Assembly: GCA_016234725.1 (NCBI GenBank)
Contig: JACRAK010000019.1
Coordinates: 5,801-69,800, forward strand
DNA from: Candidatus Azambacteria bacterium
GTDB taxonomy: Bacteria > Patescibacteriota > Minisyncoccia > GWC2-36-17 > WO2-46-25
Reading direction: 5' to 3'
Length of the DNA: 64,000 nucleotides
Numbering within the stretch: the stretch's first letter is position 1; each line of letters starts with the position of its first letter. Below are positions 27,901 through 37,409 of this stretch, piece after piece. The notes beneath the pieces were generated by a model. The model saw only the letters and a program-made list of their open reading frames with translations. It had not been told where the DNA came from and did no database searches. The translations under genes were made by a program, and so were the position numbers.

Positions 27901-28722
27901 TCCGCGACAAGTACGCCGCTTATTGTGAGGGACAATACATTCGCGCGCAATCAGAAAAACGGCGAGTTTAAGGGCGGCACCGACTTCAACCTTGATAACG
28001 CGAATAATCAGGACAGCGAGCGTAAAGGAGGGTTTTATATTCGGCTTGTTGTGAGCGAGGGACAGACAAAAACGCTGAAACAAGATACGATGCCGTATAT
28101 TCTCGAAAGCGGGTTTACCGTAGCGGAAGGAGGCACGCTCACCATTGAGCCGGGCGCGGTCATTAAAAGCAAAAATTTAAACGATTTCGGTTCTTTTGCG
28201 GTGCCGTTTATCATAGAAGGAACGCTGCGCGCACAAGGAACAGCGGCCGCACCGATCGTATTCACCGCATTTGCAGATGATAGCGACGGATATGACAGTG
28301 ATGGTTCGGCAGCCGCCCCCACTCCCGGCGCATGGAAAAACATCCAATTTATCGGCGCAACATCGTCCGATTCTATTTTAGAATATGTGAGTGTTCGTTA
28401 CGGAGGACGCGGTACGAATGTATGTCCCTATGCGTACTTCAGTGGTCCGTGCATGGAATATAAAGGCGCGGTACTTGTGCAGGATGCAAGCCCGACCATT
28501 TCGCACGCGGCATTTAACCGCAATCTCGCGATAGCTATTTTCGTAGAAGGGGATGCGCAACCGATCATCGAATACTCTGATATTCGCGATACACAAGTAG
28601 GAGTGAAAAGTCCGCGGGAAACTATCGGCGGCATCGGTATCAGCATTGGCGCGCAGTCAACGCCGACGCTTACCGATAATACTTTCTCAAACAATCTCGA
28701 GGATGTAATAGATAGGCCATGA
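24988..28722 (+). CDS. Secreted multidomain protein: Zn-dependent phospholipase C/P1-nuclease-like domain, P/A/T-rich stalk, lamin-tail domain, two beta-helix modules
   Basis: Signal peptide; THPGLT, DED, NHFY, HVLHLLED, HT, YE metal-ligand pattern; VVINEIAW...EWIELYN...IDLSGW (LTD); TLTIEPG module occurs twice. Confidence 0.75.
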   Translation: MTKKISFFLIVFAFISLVFFQQGRGYDDKTTHPGLTDEMVDFYNASFDAKLTSEEKEWIVQGAIDEDIPPRWINHFYDPIYNEGWKAENLGTVPPSTLRFLSGIFFNINTEIVSSKQWVHDEVLQARYTSYGGNNTWENAIRQYANGNKKDAYYILGHVLHLLEDKTVPDHTRNDTHAHEGSFISGDGGSPYEDYGRNFNRQNLTTAQELRQLNKQPFFLPSIDEYFDYLAKYSNGYFFSEHTINLKKYTNPKIIKERIYNNDLFLGYSKDKDGIEFPLVKIKETFDTGSGGVLREYSVNEKYILENYFSRLTQEAVLSGAGVIKLFHEEAERAKQNKASISPVPQISWWQQMRSPLYGGIALYNNVNETVVSAYSFVTSFTANTISFFGNYSNLFAAQLSGLISTNAQPAPAPAVVVVQEPALVPVEINAGSPIPPQSIDVPAETAAAPTIAAPQVTPAAEMITVPPPANVVEIPAIISEAIVDVLPLPAPVYRGSASVTGVSPDALVAQNNTPLTAAETQTTNTTTATTSTNDTLATTTDSTFATTTDATKGDTATSTEEVIVSATPTEPVIAETPEVIDGPPVVINEIAWMGTKAQANDEWIELYNKTNSDIDLSGWMLESRNQRFSVALQGVILAKGYFLLERTASTTTDQAENMTYSSHKGVLVDSGPDANVYLKNGTTTVDNVDFNNRWIAGENGVKRTMERVSPYATSTLSYNWKTYSEALTPPFAKAAIVDGIANDILGTPGAKNSVTGYYTPTGGVTENTVWRKAYSPYYVPASTAILQNATLTIEPGTVVKFAKGGYSYPGGLEVHGVLKAEGTQADQIIFTSFLDDAVDGIDSNQDGKSTSPAPADWMRIDFFNTTKPSVIRYAKIYYGGQGYTNANGYPMYSGAVNIQNASPVISDSLFDGNKAISLYVKGDSHPIITGNTIKNTVTPYGYGIQLANASSTADIIGNIFEDNGVGISSESATSTPLIVRDNTFARNQKNGEFKGGTDFNLDNANNQDSERKGGFYIRLVVSEGQTKTLKQDTMPYILESGFTVAEGGTLTIEPGAVIKSKNLNDFGSFAVPFIIEGTLRAQGTAAAPIVFTAFADDSDGYDSDGSAAAPTPGAWKNIQFIGATSSDSILEYVSVRYGGRGTNVCPYAYFSGPCMEYKGAVLVQDASPTISHAAFNRNLAIAIFVEGDAQPIIEYSDIRDTQVGVKSPRETIGGIGISIGAQSTPTLTDNTFSNNLEDVIDRP

Positions 28723-30806
28723 GCGACAATATTCTTGTAAACATCATCAAGTGGCTCACGGGCGCGGCATTGTGCGTGCCGCTTGTGTTTTCGGTGTATT
28801 TTTACCCGTCACACATTGCGCCCCAGACATTTCTTTTTCGTCTGATCGTGGAGGCGATGCTGTTTGCGTATCTTGTATTGGTGTTGCGAAACAGCGCGTA
28901 TGCGCCAAAGTTTTCCCCGATGCTGTGGGCAGTTGCTGTATTTATCGGGGCGCAGGCGCTTGCGGGCGCGTTCGGGGTTGACCCAATACAGAGTTTTTTT
29001 TCCGATTTTGAGCGGCATTGGGGATTTGTAACCATTATCCATTTTTTCGCATTTTTTGTGATCGTGAGCGCGGTGGTGCGCGAGGAGCGCTCGTGGCGCT
29101 GGCTCCTTGCGGTGTCGGTAGGAGCAAGTTTTCTTTCTGCAGGATATGGTGTGTACCAATTCTTCTTTGAAGATATCGGGCGCATCTATAGCACCATCGG
29201 TAATGCCGGATTTTTTGCGACGTATCTGTTACTCAATGCGGCACTTGCGCTATGGCTTGCGCTCGGCGCGTTTTTTGCGCGTCCGTGGCGGTTTGCGTTC
29301 GGAGGCATTGCCCTTGTGAATGCAGTGGTCGCCATGCTCACCAGCACGCGTGCGGCGATGCTTGCGCTTGCGGCGGGAATATTCGTGATAGGGTGCGGAT
29401 ATATTTTTTGGTACGAGTATAAGACAAAGCGGTTGAAGATGGTCCTTGCGACGCTTCTTGTTGTTTTTGTGCTGGTGGGAGGTGCGGTGCTTGCGCTTGC
29501 GCATACCGGCTTTGGTGCAAAAATAGGGATCAGCCGGCTTGCTATTTTTTCGCTTTCCGACGTTACGACGCGCACGCGCCTTTTTGCGTGGCAGGCGGGG
29601 TGGAAAGGATTTTTGGATGCGCCGCTTCTTGGCGCGGGCCCTGAAAATTTCAAAGTCGTGTTCAACAAATATTTTGACTCCGGGTTTTACGCGTATGAAA
29701 TAGGAGAGACCGAGTTTGACCGCGCGCATAACATATTCATCGAACAGCTCTCTACGGGCGGCGCTATCGGCTTTATCGCGTATGGTACTCTGTTTGCGGT
29801 GTTTTTGTATCTTGTATGGAGCGGACAGCGCACGGGTGCATTGAGCGCGCACGCTTCAATTATCCTTGCCGCGTTTGCGGTGGCGTATGGCGTGCAAGGG
29901 TTTTTCAACATGGACACATTCACATCCTTTTTGCCGCTCTTTTTGGTGTTTGGATATGTCGCGGCACGCACCACGCATACGAGCGAAGAACATCCTCATG
30001 TGCCAAATGCCGCGCAAGGATCGCTCACATTTTCTTTTGCGGCGGTTGCGCTTATAGTATTTTTTGCGCTTGCGTATGTGGGGTGGGCGGTGAATATACA
30101 TCCTGCCCGAGCCGATCGCGCGCTTTCCGATGCGGACGATCTGCGCCAGCGCATAGGGGAGATGGATCAAAGCGATGTGCTTGGTGCGGCAACGGCAGCA
30201 TACCGGCGCGCACTTGACCTTTCTACGTACGGAAAAGGAACGGTTCAAAAATCGCTTGCCGCATACGCGCTCGGTTTCTATCAAACATTCGGGAGGCGAT
30301 CACCGCAAGCATTCAGCGACGAATTTCTTCCATTTTCCATGCGTGAGCTTGAAATATATATCCAACAGCATCCTCGTGATTATCTCGCGCATAGCACACT
30401 CGGGAAACTGTATAATGTTCAACTCCTGCTTACTGCAAAAAAAGATGAGCAGATCGAACGCATGCTCGCGCAGGCACAGACGCTTGCGCCGGAACGGCTT
30501 GAGATGCCGTTGGTGTTCGCACAGCGCGCGTTGATCGAGGGCGATTACAATGCCGCGGCCGCGCACGCAGACGAAGGGATAGCAAAAAGCAAAAAATTTC
30601 TCGATTTTTATCGTGTCGCGTTTATCGCGTATAGCTTACAAGGAAATGAAGACAAGGCGTTTCGCGCGCTCGATGAGGGCGTACACAATGGACTTTCTCT
30701 GGTAAGCGAGAAAGAAATGGGGTGGCTTGCACAGCAATACGAGCGGCGCGGCATGGAGGAGGAAGCAGAAAAGTGGTATGCGCGCGCGGCAGAGGTGGCT
30801 CAATGA
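28719..30806 (+). CDS. O-antigen ligase-like membrane protein with TPR tail (paralogue 2)
   Basis: STIGNAGFFATY, TSTRAA, TRLFAW, GAGPENF, FDRAHN. Confidence 0.85.
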   Translation: MSDNILVNIIKWLTGAALCVPLVFSVYFYPSHIAPQTFLFRLIVEAMLFAYLVLVLRNSAYAPKFSPMLWAVAVFIGAQALAGAFGVDPIQSFFSDFERHWGFVTIIHFFAFFVIVSAVVREERSWRWLLAVSVGASFLSAGYGVYQFFFEDIGRIYSTIGNAGFFATYLLLNAALALWLALGAFFARPWRFAFGGIALVNAVVAMLTSTRAAMLALAAGIFVIGCGYIFWYEYKTKRLKMVLATLLVVFVLVGGAVLALAHTGFGAKIGISRLAIFSLSDVTTRTRLFAWQAGWKGFLDAPLLGAGPENFKVVFNKYFDSGFYAYEIGETEFDRAHNIFIEQLSTGGAIGFIAYGTLFAVFLYLVWSGQRTGALSAHASIILAAFAVAYGVQGFFNMDTFTSFLPLFLVFGYVAARTTHTSEEHPHVPNAAQGSLTFSFAAVALIVFFALAYVGWAVNIHPARADRALSDADDLRQRIGEMDQSDVLGAATAAYRRALDLSTYGKGTVQKSLAAYALGFYQTFGRRSPQAFSDEFLPFSMRELEIYIQQHPRDYLAHSTLGKLYNVQLLLTAKKDEQIERMLAQAQTLAPERLEMPLVFAQRALIEGDYNAAAAHADEGIAKSKKFLDFYRVAFIAYSLQGNEDKAFRALDEGVHNGLSLVSEKEMGWLAQQYERRGMEEEAEKWYARAAEVAQ

Positions 30807-30807
30807 T

Positions 30808-32958
30808 ATGAACAGAGAAGAAGCGAAAAAACTGTATATAAATATTGCGAAAGGAGGAGTATTTGCCTCCCTGCTTTCGCCCGTGGTGCTTTCGGCGCCG
30901 TTCTTTTTTCCGTTTATCGTACCAAAGACATTGTTTTTTCAAGTGGCGGTTACGGTCGCATTGTTCTTTTATATCGTGGTGGTGGCGCTTGATAAAAGAT
31001 ACGCGCCGAAATTCGATACGCTTACCAAGCTCGTGTTCGCGTTTTTTGGCGTCTATGTGCTTGCCGCGGCATTGGGGGAAAACCCCGCACGGAGTTTTTT
31101 TGGCACCTATGAGCGGATGCTTTCGGTGGTGAATATGGCGCATTTCGTGGCGCTGTATCTGATAGTGAGGTCGGTGTTCGTGTCTCAAAAGGACTGGTTG
31201 TGGCTTTTGCGCGCATCGGTGGGCGCGAGCGTGCTGGTAAGTTTATACGGTGTGGGCCAAAAAGTTGGCATTGATTGGTTTTATCATGCGGGCATCGATC
31301 GTATCGATTCCACTATCGGCAATGCGGCGTTTGTTGCGGGGTATCTCATATTTGCCGTATTTTTTGCATGTATGGTGCTGGTGAAGGACGGCAACCCCGT
31401 ATTTCGCGCGTGTGCGGCAAGTTCGCTCGCGCTGAACGCGGTCATTATCTACTTCACCGGCACGCGCGGTGCGGCAGTTGCGCTTGCGGCGGCGAGCATT
31501 GTGCTTCTTGCCGCATATTTTTTCAGACCGGTCCGCGCGCCGCTCATAAAAAAGGAACACATGAAATGGGCGCTGACCGTGATCGCACTCGCGCTGCTTG
31601 CGGTGGTGGCGCTTGAAGGGAAGGGCGTGTACCGGTCGTTTCAGCGCTTCTCATCGATCTCGCTTGCCGATGCCACGGTGCAGACACGCCTGCTTTCCGT
31701 TTCCACGGGTTGGGACGGGTTTTTGGCTCGGCCGGCGCTTGGATGGGGCCCGGAGAATTACAACCTTGTATTCGATAAATACTATAATCCCAAACTGTAC
31801 CCCACCGAGAATTGGTTTGATCACGCGCACAATATTTTTTTTGATATCGCGACGACCATGGGCATTGCGGGGCTTATCGCATATGCGGCGCTTCTTTTGT
31901 ATCTTGTGTTCCGCACGATCTCGTTCGCGCGAGCCGCTCCTGAGAATTATTGGGTTGGGGTATTTGCATGCGCGCTCGTCGTTGCGTATTTTATGCAGAA
32001 CGTATTTGTGTTCGACAGTTTGGCGACCTACCTTCCGTTCTTTATCTTGCTTGCATTCGCAAGCAGCGGATTTAAGTTGGGCAACGCAGATGAGCGCGCC
32101 CCAGAAGACAAGGCGAGAAAATTTTATAACCCATCGCTCACGATCATCGCGGTGCTTTTGCCGGTTTTTGCGGTTGTGGTGTATTGGGTTGATGTGCGGC
32201 CGGCGCTTGGCGCGTATCATACGGTGGCGGCATTGCAGATCCCGGTATCCTATGCGGGCGATGCGCTCGAGCGTTTCAAACAGGCGCTTGCGTACAGCAA
32301 TTTCGGGCGCGAAGAGATCCGCGGAAAGCTCGCCGATTACACGAGCGATGTATTATATGAAAAAGACATTACGGACAGCGAATTGAAGCGCCGCATCGCA
32401 GAGTTTACGATACAAGAAATGGAAGACAGCATCGTGCATGAACCGCTCAATTTCAGGAATTATCTCTATTATGCGAATTTTTTAAGCGGCAATCACGAGG
32501 TGCTCGCGGCAGTTGGCATTTCTGACGCGCTTGCGCGTGCGGATGAAACACTCGCGCGCGCACAGGAGCTCGCACCGCAGAAACCGATACTGTATCTCCA
32601 GTGGGGAAAGGTGAAATCGCTGGAAGGGGATGTCCGGGGAGCGGTGCTGTTGTTTGAAAAGGCGGTCGCGCTGAACCCCGCCGCTATCGACTCTCAGGTG
32701 CGCCTTGCGTTCGCATACCGAATGGCCGGTGCGCGCGAGCGGTCGCTTGAAGTTTCCCGCGCTGTTCTCGGCACCGGCGCACAGCTGGATATTCGCACCT
32801 ATATCGAGTTTGCCGAAAATTTTGCGGCGCTTGGCGCATATGATGAAGCGGCGGCTATGGCGCGCAAAGCGGCCGAGCTCGACCCTTCGCTTGCAGAGCA
32901 GGCAGAGGCGTTCATGCGGACGCTTGATGCGAAAAAAAGCGCACCGGCCAAACAGTAA
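30808..32958 (+). CDS. O-antigen ligase-like membrane protein with TPR tail (paralogue 3)
   Basis: STIGNAAFVAGY, TGTRGA, GWGPENY, FDHAHN; start set at ATG 30808, just after the previous stop. Confidence 0.85.
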   Translation: MNREEAKKLYINIAKGGVFASLLSPVVLSAPFFFPFIVPKTLFFQVAVTVALFFYIVVVALDKRYAPKFDTLTKLVFAFFGVYVLAAALGENPARSFFGTYERMLSVVNMAHFVALYLIVRSVFVSQKDWLWLLRASVGASVLVSLYGVGQKVGIDWFYHAGIDRIDSTIGNAAFVAGYLIFAVFFACMVLVKDGNPVFRACAASSLALNAVIIYFTGTRGAAVALAAASIVLLAAYFFRPVRAPLIKKEHMKWALTVIALALLAVVALEGKGVYRSFQRFSSISLADATVQTRLLSVSTGWDGFLARPALGWGPENYNLVFDKYYNPKLYPTENWFDHAHNIFFDIATTMGIAGLIAYAALLLYLVFRTISFARAAPENYWVGVFACALVVAYFMQNVFVFDSLATYLPFFILLAFASSGFKLGNADERAPEDKARKFYNPSLTIIAVLLPVFAVVVYWVDVRPALGAYHTVAALQIPVSYAGDALERFKQALAYSNFGREEIRGKLADYTSDVLYEKDITDSELKRRIAEFTIQEMEDSIVHEPLNFRNYLYYANFLSGNHEVLAAVGISDALARADETLARAQELAPQKPILYLQWGKVKSLEGDVRGAVLLFEKAVALNPAAIDSQVRLAFAYRMAGARERSLEVSRAVLGTGAQLDIRTYIEFAENFAALGAYDEAAAMARKAAELDPSLAEQAEAFMRTLDAKKSAPAKQ

Positions 32959-33011
32959 TACACAGAAGTGCGTTGTACCCTGAACGCAAGAAGGTGTATA
33001 ATAGAAGGGAA

Positions 33012-34178
33012 ATGCCATTTCAACCGGTACAATCAGATCCTGAGTACCATAGTTTTCAAAGGCGGCAATCTTTTCTGTGGGTTGCGCTGTTGGGCGTTGT
33101 TTTGCTTATCGGCGGCGTAGTGTTCTTGATCGCGTATCAGCTCATGCGCGGCGGAGGGGGAAACGGCGGCGCGCCGTCTGCGGTGGTGATGCCTGCGGTG
33201 AATGCGGTGGCATCGATCATACGCGGAGAAGCTGTTTCACAGGGCGATTATTTCCTGATGAGTGAAGTATCCTCGACCGATAAGCGCCTGAGAATTTTCA
33301 AAGTGTATTATGCGCCATTTTCAAAAGAAGAGATCTTTGCGATCCCGTGGCGCGATGGCGCGGCAGCTCCCGTGGTCGCGGAGTACGGCGAAAATCTTGC
33401 GGTATTCCTTGATTCCGGGCGGAGCATAGTGATCACGCGGGAAGGGAAAACGGTGTCGCTTTCCAATTCTTTTTTTGTGCCGGAAGATCCTCACTTCACT
33501 ATTTCTCCCGATGGGAAGAAAATGGTGTATTTCAAGCAATTCTCTTCGCTCGGTACGAAAAGCCTCACGATCCGTGATCTTGAAAAGAACGAAGATGTGT
33601 TCGGTTGGCCGATAAACTCTCCCGCTTCCGAGACGTGCGATTTTAGCGGATGGTCGGCAGATGGAGGAAAAGCGTATTGCACGAGCGTAAAAAACGGCAG
33701 GGTGATGGTGAAAGCGGTTGATGTGCGGCGATATTCATATGCCGTTGCCGCATCATTTTCCGGCGTGCGGGATGCGCAATTCTATCCCGCGCATGCGCTT
33801 GTTGTCGCGGCAGACAAACAAAGCATATTCACGTTCGATATCACCACAAAAGAAAAAAAGGATGTCCTTGCGCTTGCGGGCGAAGCAGTGGAAAGCGTTT
33901 TTCTTGCGCCCGACAGATCAAAGATAGTGTTTACCGCGGGCGGTGCCGTGCATGCGGTGGGGCTTGATGGCAGTGGTAAAAAGGAGATCGATCATGCAAC
34001 CCGCATACTTTCATTATTGCCTGACGGCGCTCGCGCGCTGGTAGAGGTGTCTGAAGACGGAGGAGCGCATTATGCCATCATCGGTATAGACGAAGAGAGC
34101 CATGCGGAGTTGGGCGGCATTACCAAGGATATCGTGCATGCCCAGTTCATCGGCTGGTTCTCAGGAGGCGTGAAGTAG
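33012..34178 (+). CDS. Membrane-anchored TolB/PD40-like beta-propeller protein
   Basis: TM helix then repeats ISPDGKKMVY, WSADGGKAY, LAPDRSKIVF, LLPDGARAL. Confidence 0.75.
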   Translation: MPFQPVQSDPEYHSFQRRQSFLWVALLGVVLLIGGVVFLIAYQLMRGGGGNGGAPSAVVMPAVNAVASIIRGEAVSQGDYFLMSEVSSTDKRLRIFKVYYAPFSKEEIFAIPWRDGAAAPVVAEYGENLAVFLDSGRSIVITREGKTVSLSNSFFVPEDPHFTISPDGKKMVYFKQFSSLGTKSLTIRDLEKNEDVFGWPINSPASETCDFSGWSADGGKAYCTSVKNGRVMVKAVDVRRYSYAVAASFSGVRDAQFYPAHALVVAADKQSIFTFDITTKEKKDVLALAGEAVESVFLAPDRSKIVFTAGGAVHAVGLDGSGKKEIDHATRILSLLPDGARALVEVSEDGGAHYAIIGIDEESHAELGGITKDIVHAQFIGWFSGGVK

Positions 34179-34256
34179 GAATCATGAATCAGGAATTATG
34201 AATAAAAAGCAGGATGTGCTATCCTTGATTCTTGATCCGCTATTCCTAATTCTTGA
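34177..34256. repeat. Inverted pair of heptamer arrays directly upstream of dnaG
   Basis: ggaatca tgaatca ggaatta tgaat followed by atccttg attcttg atccgct attccta attcttg. Confidence 0.8.
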
Positions 34257-34259
34257 CCA

Positions 34260-36104
34260 ATGGCCGGCCTTCCTTCTGAAGAGATCAAATCGCGGCTCGA
34301 CGTCCACGAGGTGCTGTCGGGCTATATTCGCTTGCAAAAAGCGGGGGCGAATTGGCGCGCATTGTGCCCATTCCATAACGAAAAAACGCCGTCATTCCAT
34401 GTGTCTTCGGCCCGCCAGATATGGCATTGTTTCGGGTGCGGGGAGGGCGGCGACATCTTTAAATTCGTCATGAAAATGGAGGGGGTGGAATTCGTTGATG
34501 CGTTGCGCATCTTGGCAAAAAAAGCGGGGGTGACCCTTCGCGCCCAGGATCCGAAGCTTGCAAGCGAGCGCACCCAACTGCTCGAGATCTGTACTGCCGC
34601 TGCGCGGTATTTCCAGAACAATTTTGAGAGCGAAGCGGGCGCAGAGGCGCGCACGTATCTCGCAAAACGCGGCATGACGGAAGAAACGATGCGTGAGTTC
34701 CGCATCGGCTATGCGCTTGATTCATGGGACGGGCTGTATCAGTTCTTGACGTTGAAAGGATACAAAAGTGACATGATCGAAAAGGCGGGGCTTGCGATCG
34801 TGAGTGAGAAATCGGGAAAGAAAAGATATTACGATCGTTTCCGCGGCAGGATCATGTTTCCGATCGCAGACCAGAATGGCGACGTCATCGCGTTCACCGG
34901 CCGCTACATCAAAGAACGGGAGGGGGAGGGGAAATATGTGAACAGCCCGCAAACGATACTCTACAACAAAAGCACTGTGCTGTACGGGCTTGATAAAGCG
35001 AAGATGGATATCCGCAAAGCGGAAACGGCGGTGCTTGTAGAAGGGCAGATGGATATGATCATGGCGTATCAGGACGGCGTCAAAAATATCGTCGCGGTGT
35101 CGGGCACGGCATTCACGCCGTATCAGCTTGCGACCCTAAAGCGCTACGCTTCCAAGCTGTGTATTCTTTTTGATGCCGACCCTGCCGGCGACGCGGCAAC
35201 GCGCAAGAGCATCGCGCTCGCGTGGGACCAGGGGTTTGCCGTGAGCGTCGCGAAAGTCCCCGGAGAAAAAGACCCGGCCGATTTCGTGATCGACCACCCT
35301 AAAAAGCTCGCCGAAGAGATCGCGCGCGCGGTATCGGTGATGGACTACTATTTTGACTCCGTATTTTCAAAATACGACCCTAAAAAAGTGGAAGACAAAA
35401 AGATCATTGCAGCAACTTTGCTTCCGCAGATCAAGAAACTTCAGAGTAAAGTAGAAACGCATCATTGGCTCGAGCAGCTTTCGTTGCGGCTCGGCACGAA
35501 AGTGGAGTATCTCGAAGAAGAAATGAAACGCATCAAGCCGGAAGAAAGTTTTCTTGAGCATGCCGCTGTGCCAAAAGAAGAAGAGGAAAAAACAGTGATA
35601 GAACGCACGATAGTGGATAAGTTCTTGGAGCATCTTATGGCGCTTGTCTATGCGCAGAAAGAAGAAAAGGCGTTTGCCGCGTCATGCGACGTTCTTTCCG
35701 GGTTTGAGTTCCTTAATCGTATCCGAGAAGACGAAAACATAGGAAAAGACATGATCTCTGCCCCCATGCGCGAAGTATTTGACTTATTTATGAAATATGG
35801 TAAAATCAAGGGACATTCAGGCAAATTCGATGAGCCAATGACCGCAGACGCACAGGACATACTCAACGAAGTTCTGCTGATGTCCGAGATCTCCGCATAC
35901 GAGAACATCGAGCAAGAGATCCTTTTTTCCGCCTCTCGCGTAGAGCGCGAACTCATCGAAAGCGAGCTCAGGTGGCGCGAATTCGCATTACGGGAAGCGG
36001 AGGCAAAAAACGATGCGGCGCTTTCCGATCGTTTGTTTCAAGAAGTAAGCGCGTTGAGCGCAAAGAAGTCAAAATTAATGCCGCAAACCGCGGCGGTAAA
36101 ATAA
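34260..36104 (+). CDS. dnaG: DNA primase
   Basis: CHC2 Zn finger CPFHNEKTPSF...HCFGC, DRFRGRIMFPI, KYVNSP, TOPRIM VEGQMD and FDADPAG. Confidence 0.98.
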   Translation: MAGLPSEEIKSRLDVHEVLSGYIRLQKAGANWRALCPFHNEKTPSFHVSSARQIWHCFGCGEGGDIFKFVMKMEGVEFVDALRILAKKAGVTLRAQDPKLASERTQLLEICTAAARYFQNNFESEAGAEARTYLAKRGMTEETMREFRIGYALDSWDGLYQFLTLKGYKSDMIEKAGLAIVSEKSGKKRYYDRFRGRIMFPIADQNGDVIAFTGRYIKEREGEGKYVNSPQTILYNKSTVLYGLDKAKMDIRKAETAVLVEGQMDMIMAYQDGVKNIVAVSGTAFTPYQLATLKRYASKLCILFDADPAGDAATRKSIALAWDQGFAVSVAKVPGEKDPADFVIDHPKKLAEEIARAVSVMDYYFDSVFSKYDPKKVEDKKIIAATLLPQIKKLQSKVETHHWLEQLSLRLGTKVEYLEEEMKRIKPEESFLEHAAVPKEEEEKTVIERTIVDKFLEHLMALVYAQKEEKAFAASCDVLSGFEFLNRIREDENIGKDMISAPMREVFDLFMKYGKIKGHSGKFDEPMTADAQDILNEVLLMSEISAYENIEQEILFSASRVERELIESELRWREFALREAEAKNDAALSDRLFQEVSALSAKKSKLMPQTAAVK

Positions 36105-36116
36105 TTGTGAAATAGC

Positions 36117-37409
36117 ATGGCAAAACCCGCAAAAAAAGCGTCAAAGAAGCCGCAGAAGCAAAAAAAACATAAACCCGCGCCGAAAAAACGCGAAATAAAA
36201 AAACGCGCGCCGAAAAAAGCGGAAGTGAAAAAACCGCTGACAAAATCGTTCCATAAGCAAGAAGGGTTCATTTCAAGCCCGAAGAAAAAGAAGGTGGCGG
36301 AAGCTGATGCACAGGAAAAGGCGATGAACGAATTGCTTACGAAGGGGCGGCTCCGCGGATTCGTGACCTACACGGAAATTTTGCATATGATGCCGCACAT
36401 CGAGCAGGATGTTTCGGCGCTCGAAACGCTCTACGAGCACTTAAGCGACGCGAATATCAAGCTCATGGATGCGCGCGACCTTCTTGAAATACCGGAAGAA
36501 GAAGAGGGAGAGAAAAAAGAAGGGAAGAAAGAAAAGAAAAAGAAGAAGGCGAAGGAAAAAGCCGATGACGCGGATGACGCCGCGCAGGATTCCGTGCAGA
36601 TGTATCTGCGCGAGATCGGCAAAATATCGCTGTTGACCGGCGATGAAGAAAAAGAGCTCGCCAGAAAGATCGAGCAGGGGAACGAAGAAGCAAAACGCAA
36701 GCTCACCGAAGCGAACCTGCGGCTTGTGGTCAGTATCGCCAAGAAGTACGCGGGAAGAAGCCCGCATCTCACGCTTCTTGATCTTATCCAAGAGGGGAAC
36801 ATGGGCTTGTTCAAAGCGGTGGAGAAGTTCGATTACCGGAAAGGATATAAATTCTCAACGTACGCGACGTGGTGGATACGGCAGGCGATCACGCGCGCGC
36901 TGGCAGACCAGGCGCGCACCATCCGCATTCCCGTGCATATGGTAGAAACGATCTCGCGGTTCACGCAGGTGAAGCGCCGTCTCCTGCAGGACCTGGGCAG
37001 AGAGCCGCTCGCGGAGGAAATCGCGGCAGAAATGGAGCTTGAAGTGGAAAAAGTGCGCCATATCATGAAGATCTCGCAAGAGACCATCTCGCTTGAAACG
37101 CCGCTCGGAGACGACAGCGAGGATTCAACGCTTGGCGAATTCATCGAAGACGAAAAAGAGATCGTGCCGTCGCAAAGCGCGGCGCGCGGCTTACTGCGTG
37201 ATCAGCTCAAAGAGATCATGTCCGACCTCAGTCCGAGAGAACAAAAGATCCTTCACATGCGGTTTGGCATTGAAGATGGCATCACACATACGCTCGAAGA
37301 GGTGGGAAAAGAGTTCGGGGTCACCAGAGAGCGCATCCGCCAGATCGAAGCGAAAGCGCTTGAAAAGATTCGCGCGCATAAGAAGCTTCATAAGCTGGAA
37401 GGATATTAA
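36117..37409 (+). CDS. rpoD: Primary sigma factor RpoD/SigA with a Lys/Pro/Ala-rich N-terminal extension
   Basis: [58 protein letters not shown]; follows dnaG. Confidence 0.98.
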   Translation: MAKPAKKASKKPQKQKKHKPAPKKREIKKRAPKKAEVKKPLTKSFHKQEGFISSPKKKKVAEADAQEKAMNELLTKGRLRGFVTYTEILHMMPHIEQDVSALETLYEHLSDANIKLMDARDLLEIPEEEEGEKKEGKKEKKKKKAKEKADDADDAAQDSVQMYLREIGKISLLTGDEEKELARKIEQGNEEAKRKLTEANLRLVVSIAKKYAGRSPHLTLLDLIQEGNMGLFKAVEKFDYRKGYKFSTYATWWIRQAITRALADQARTIRIPVHMVETISRFTQVKRRLLQDLGREPLAEEIAAEMELEVEKVRHIMKISQETISLETPLGDDSEDSTLGEFIEDEKEIVPSQSAARGLLRDQLKEIMSDLSPREQKILHMRFGIEDGITHTLEEVGKEFGVTRERIRQIEAKALEKIRAHKKLHKLEGY

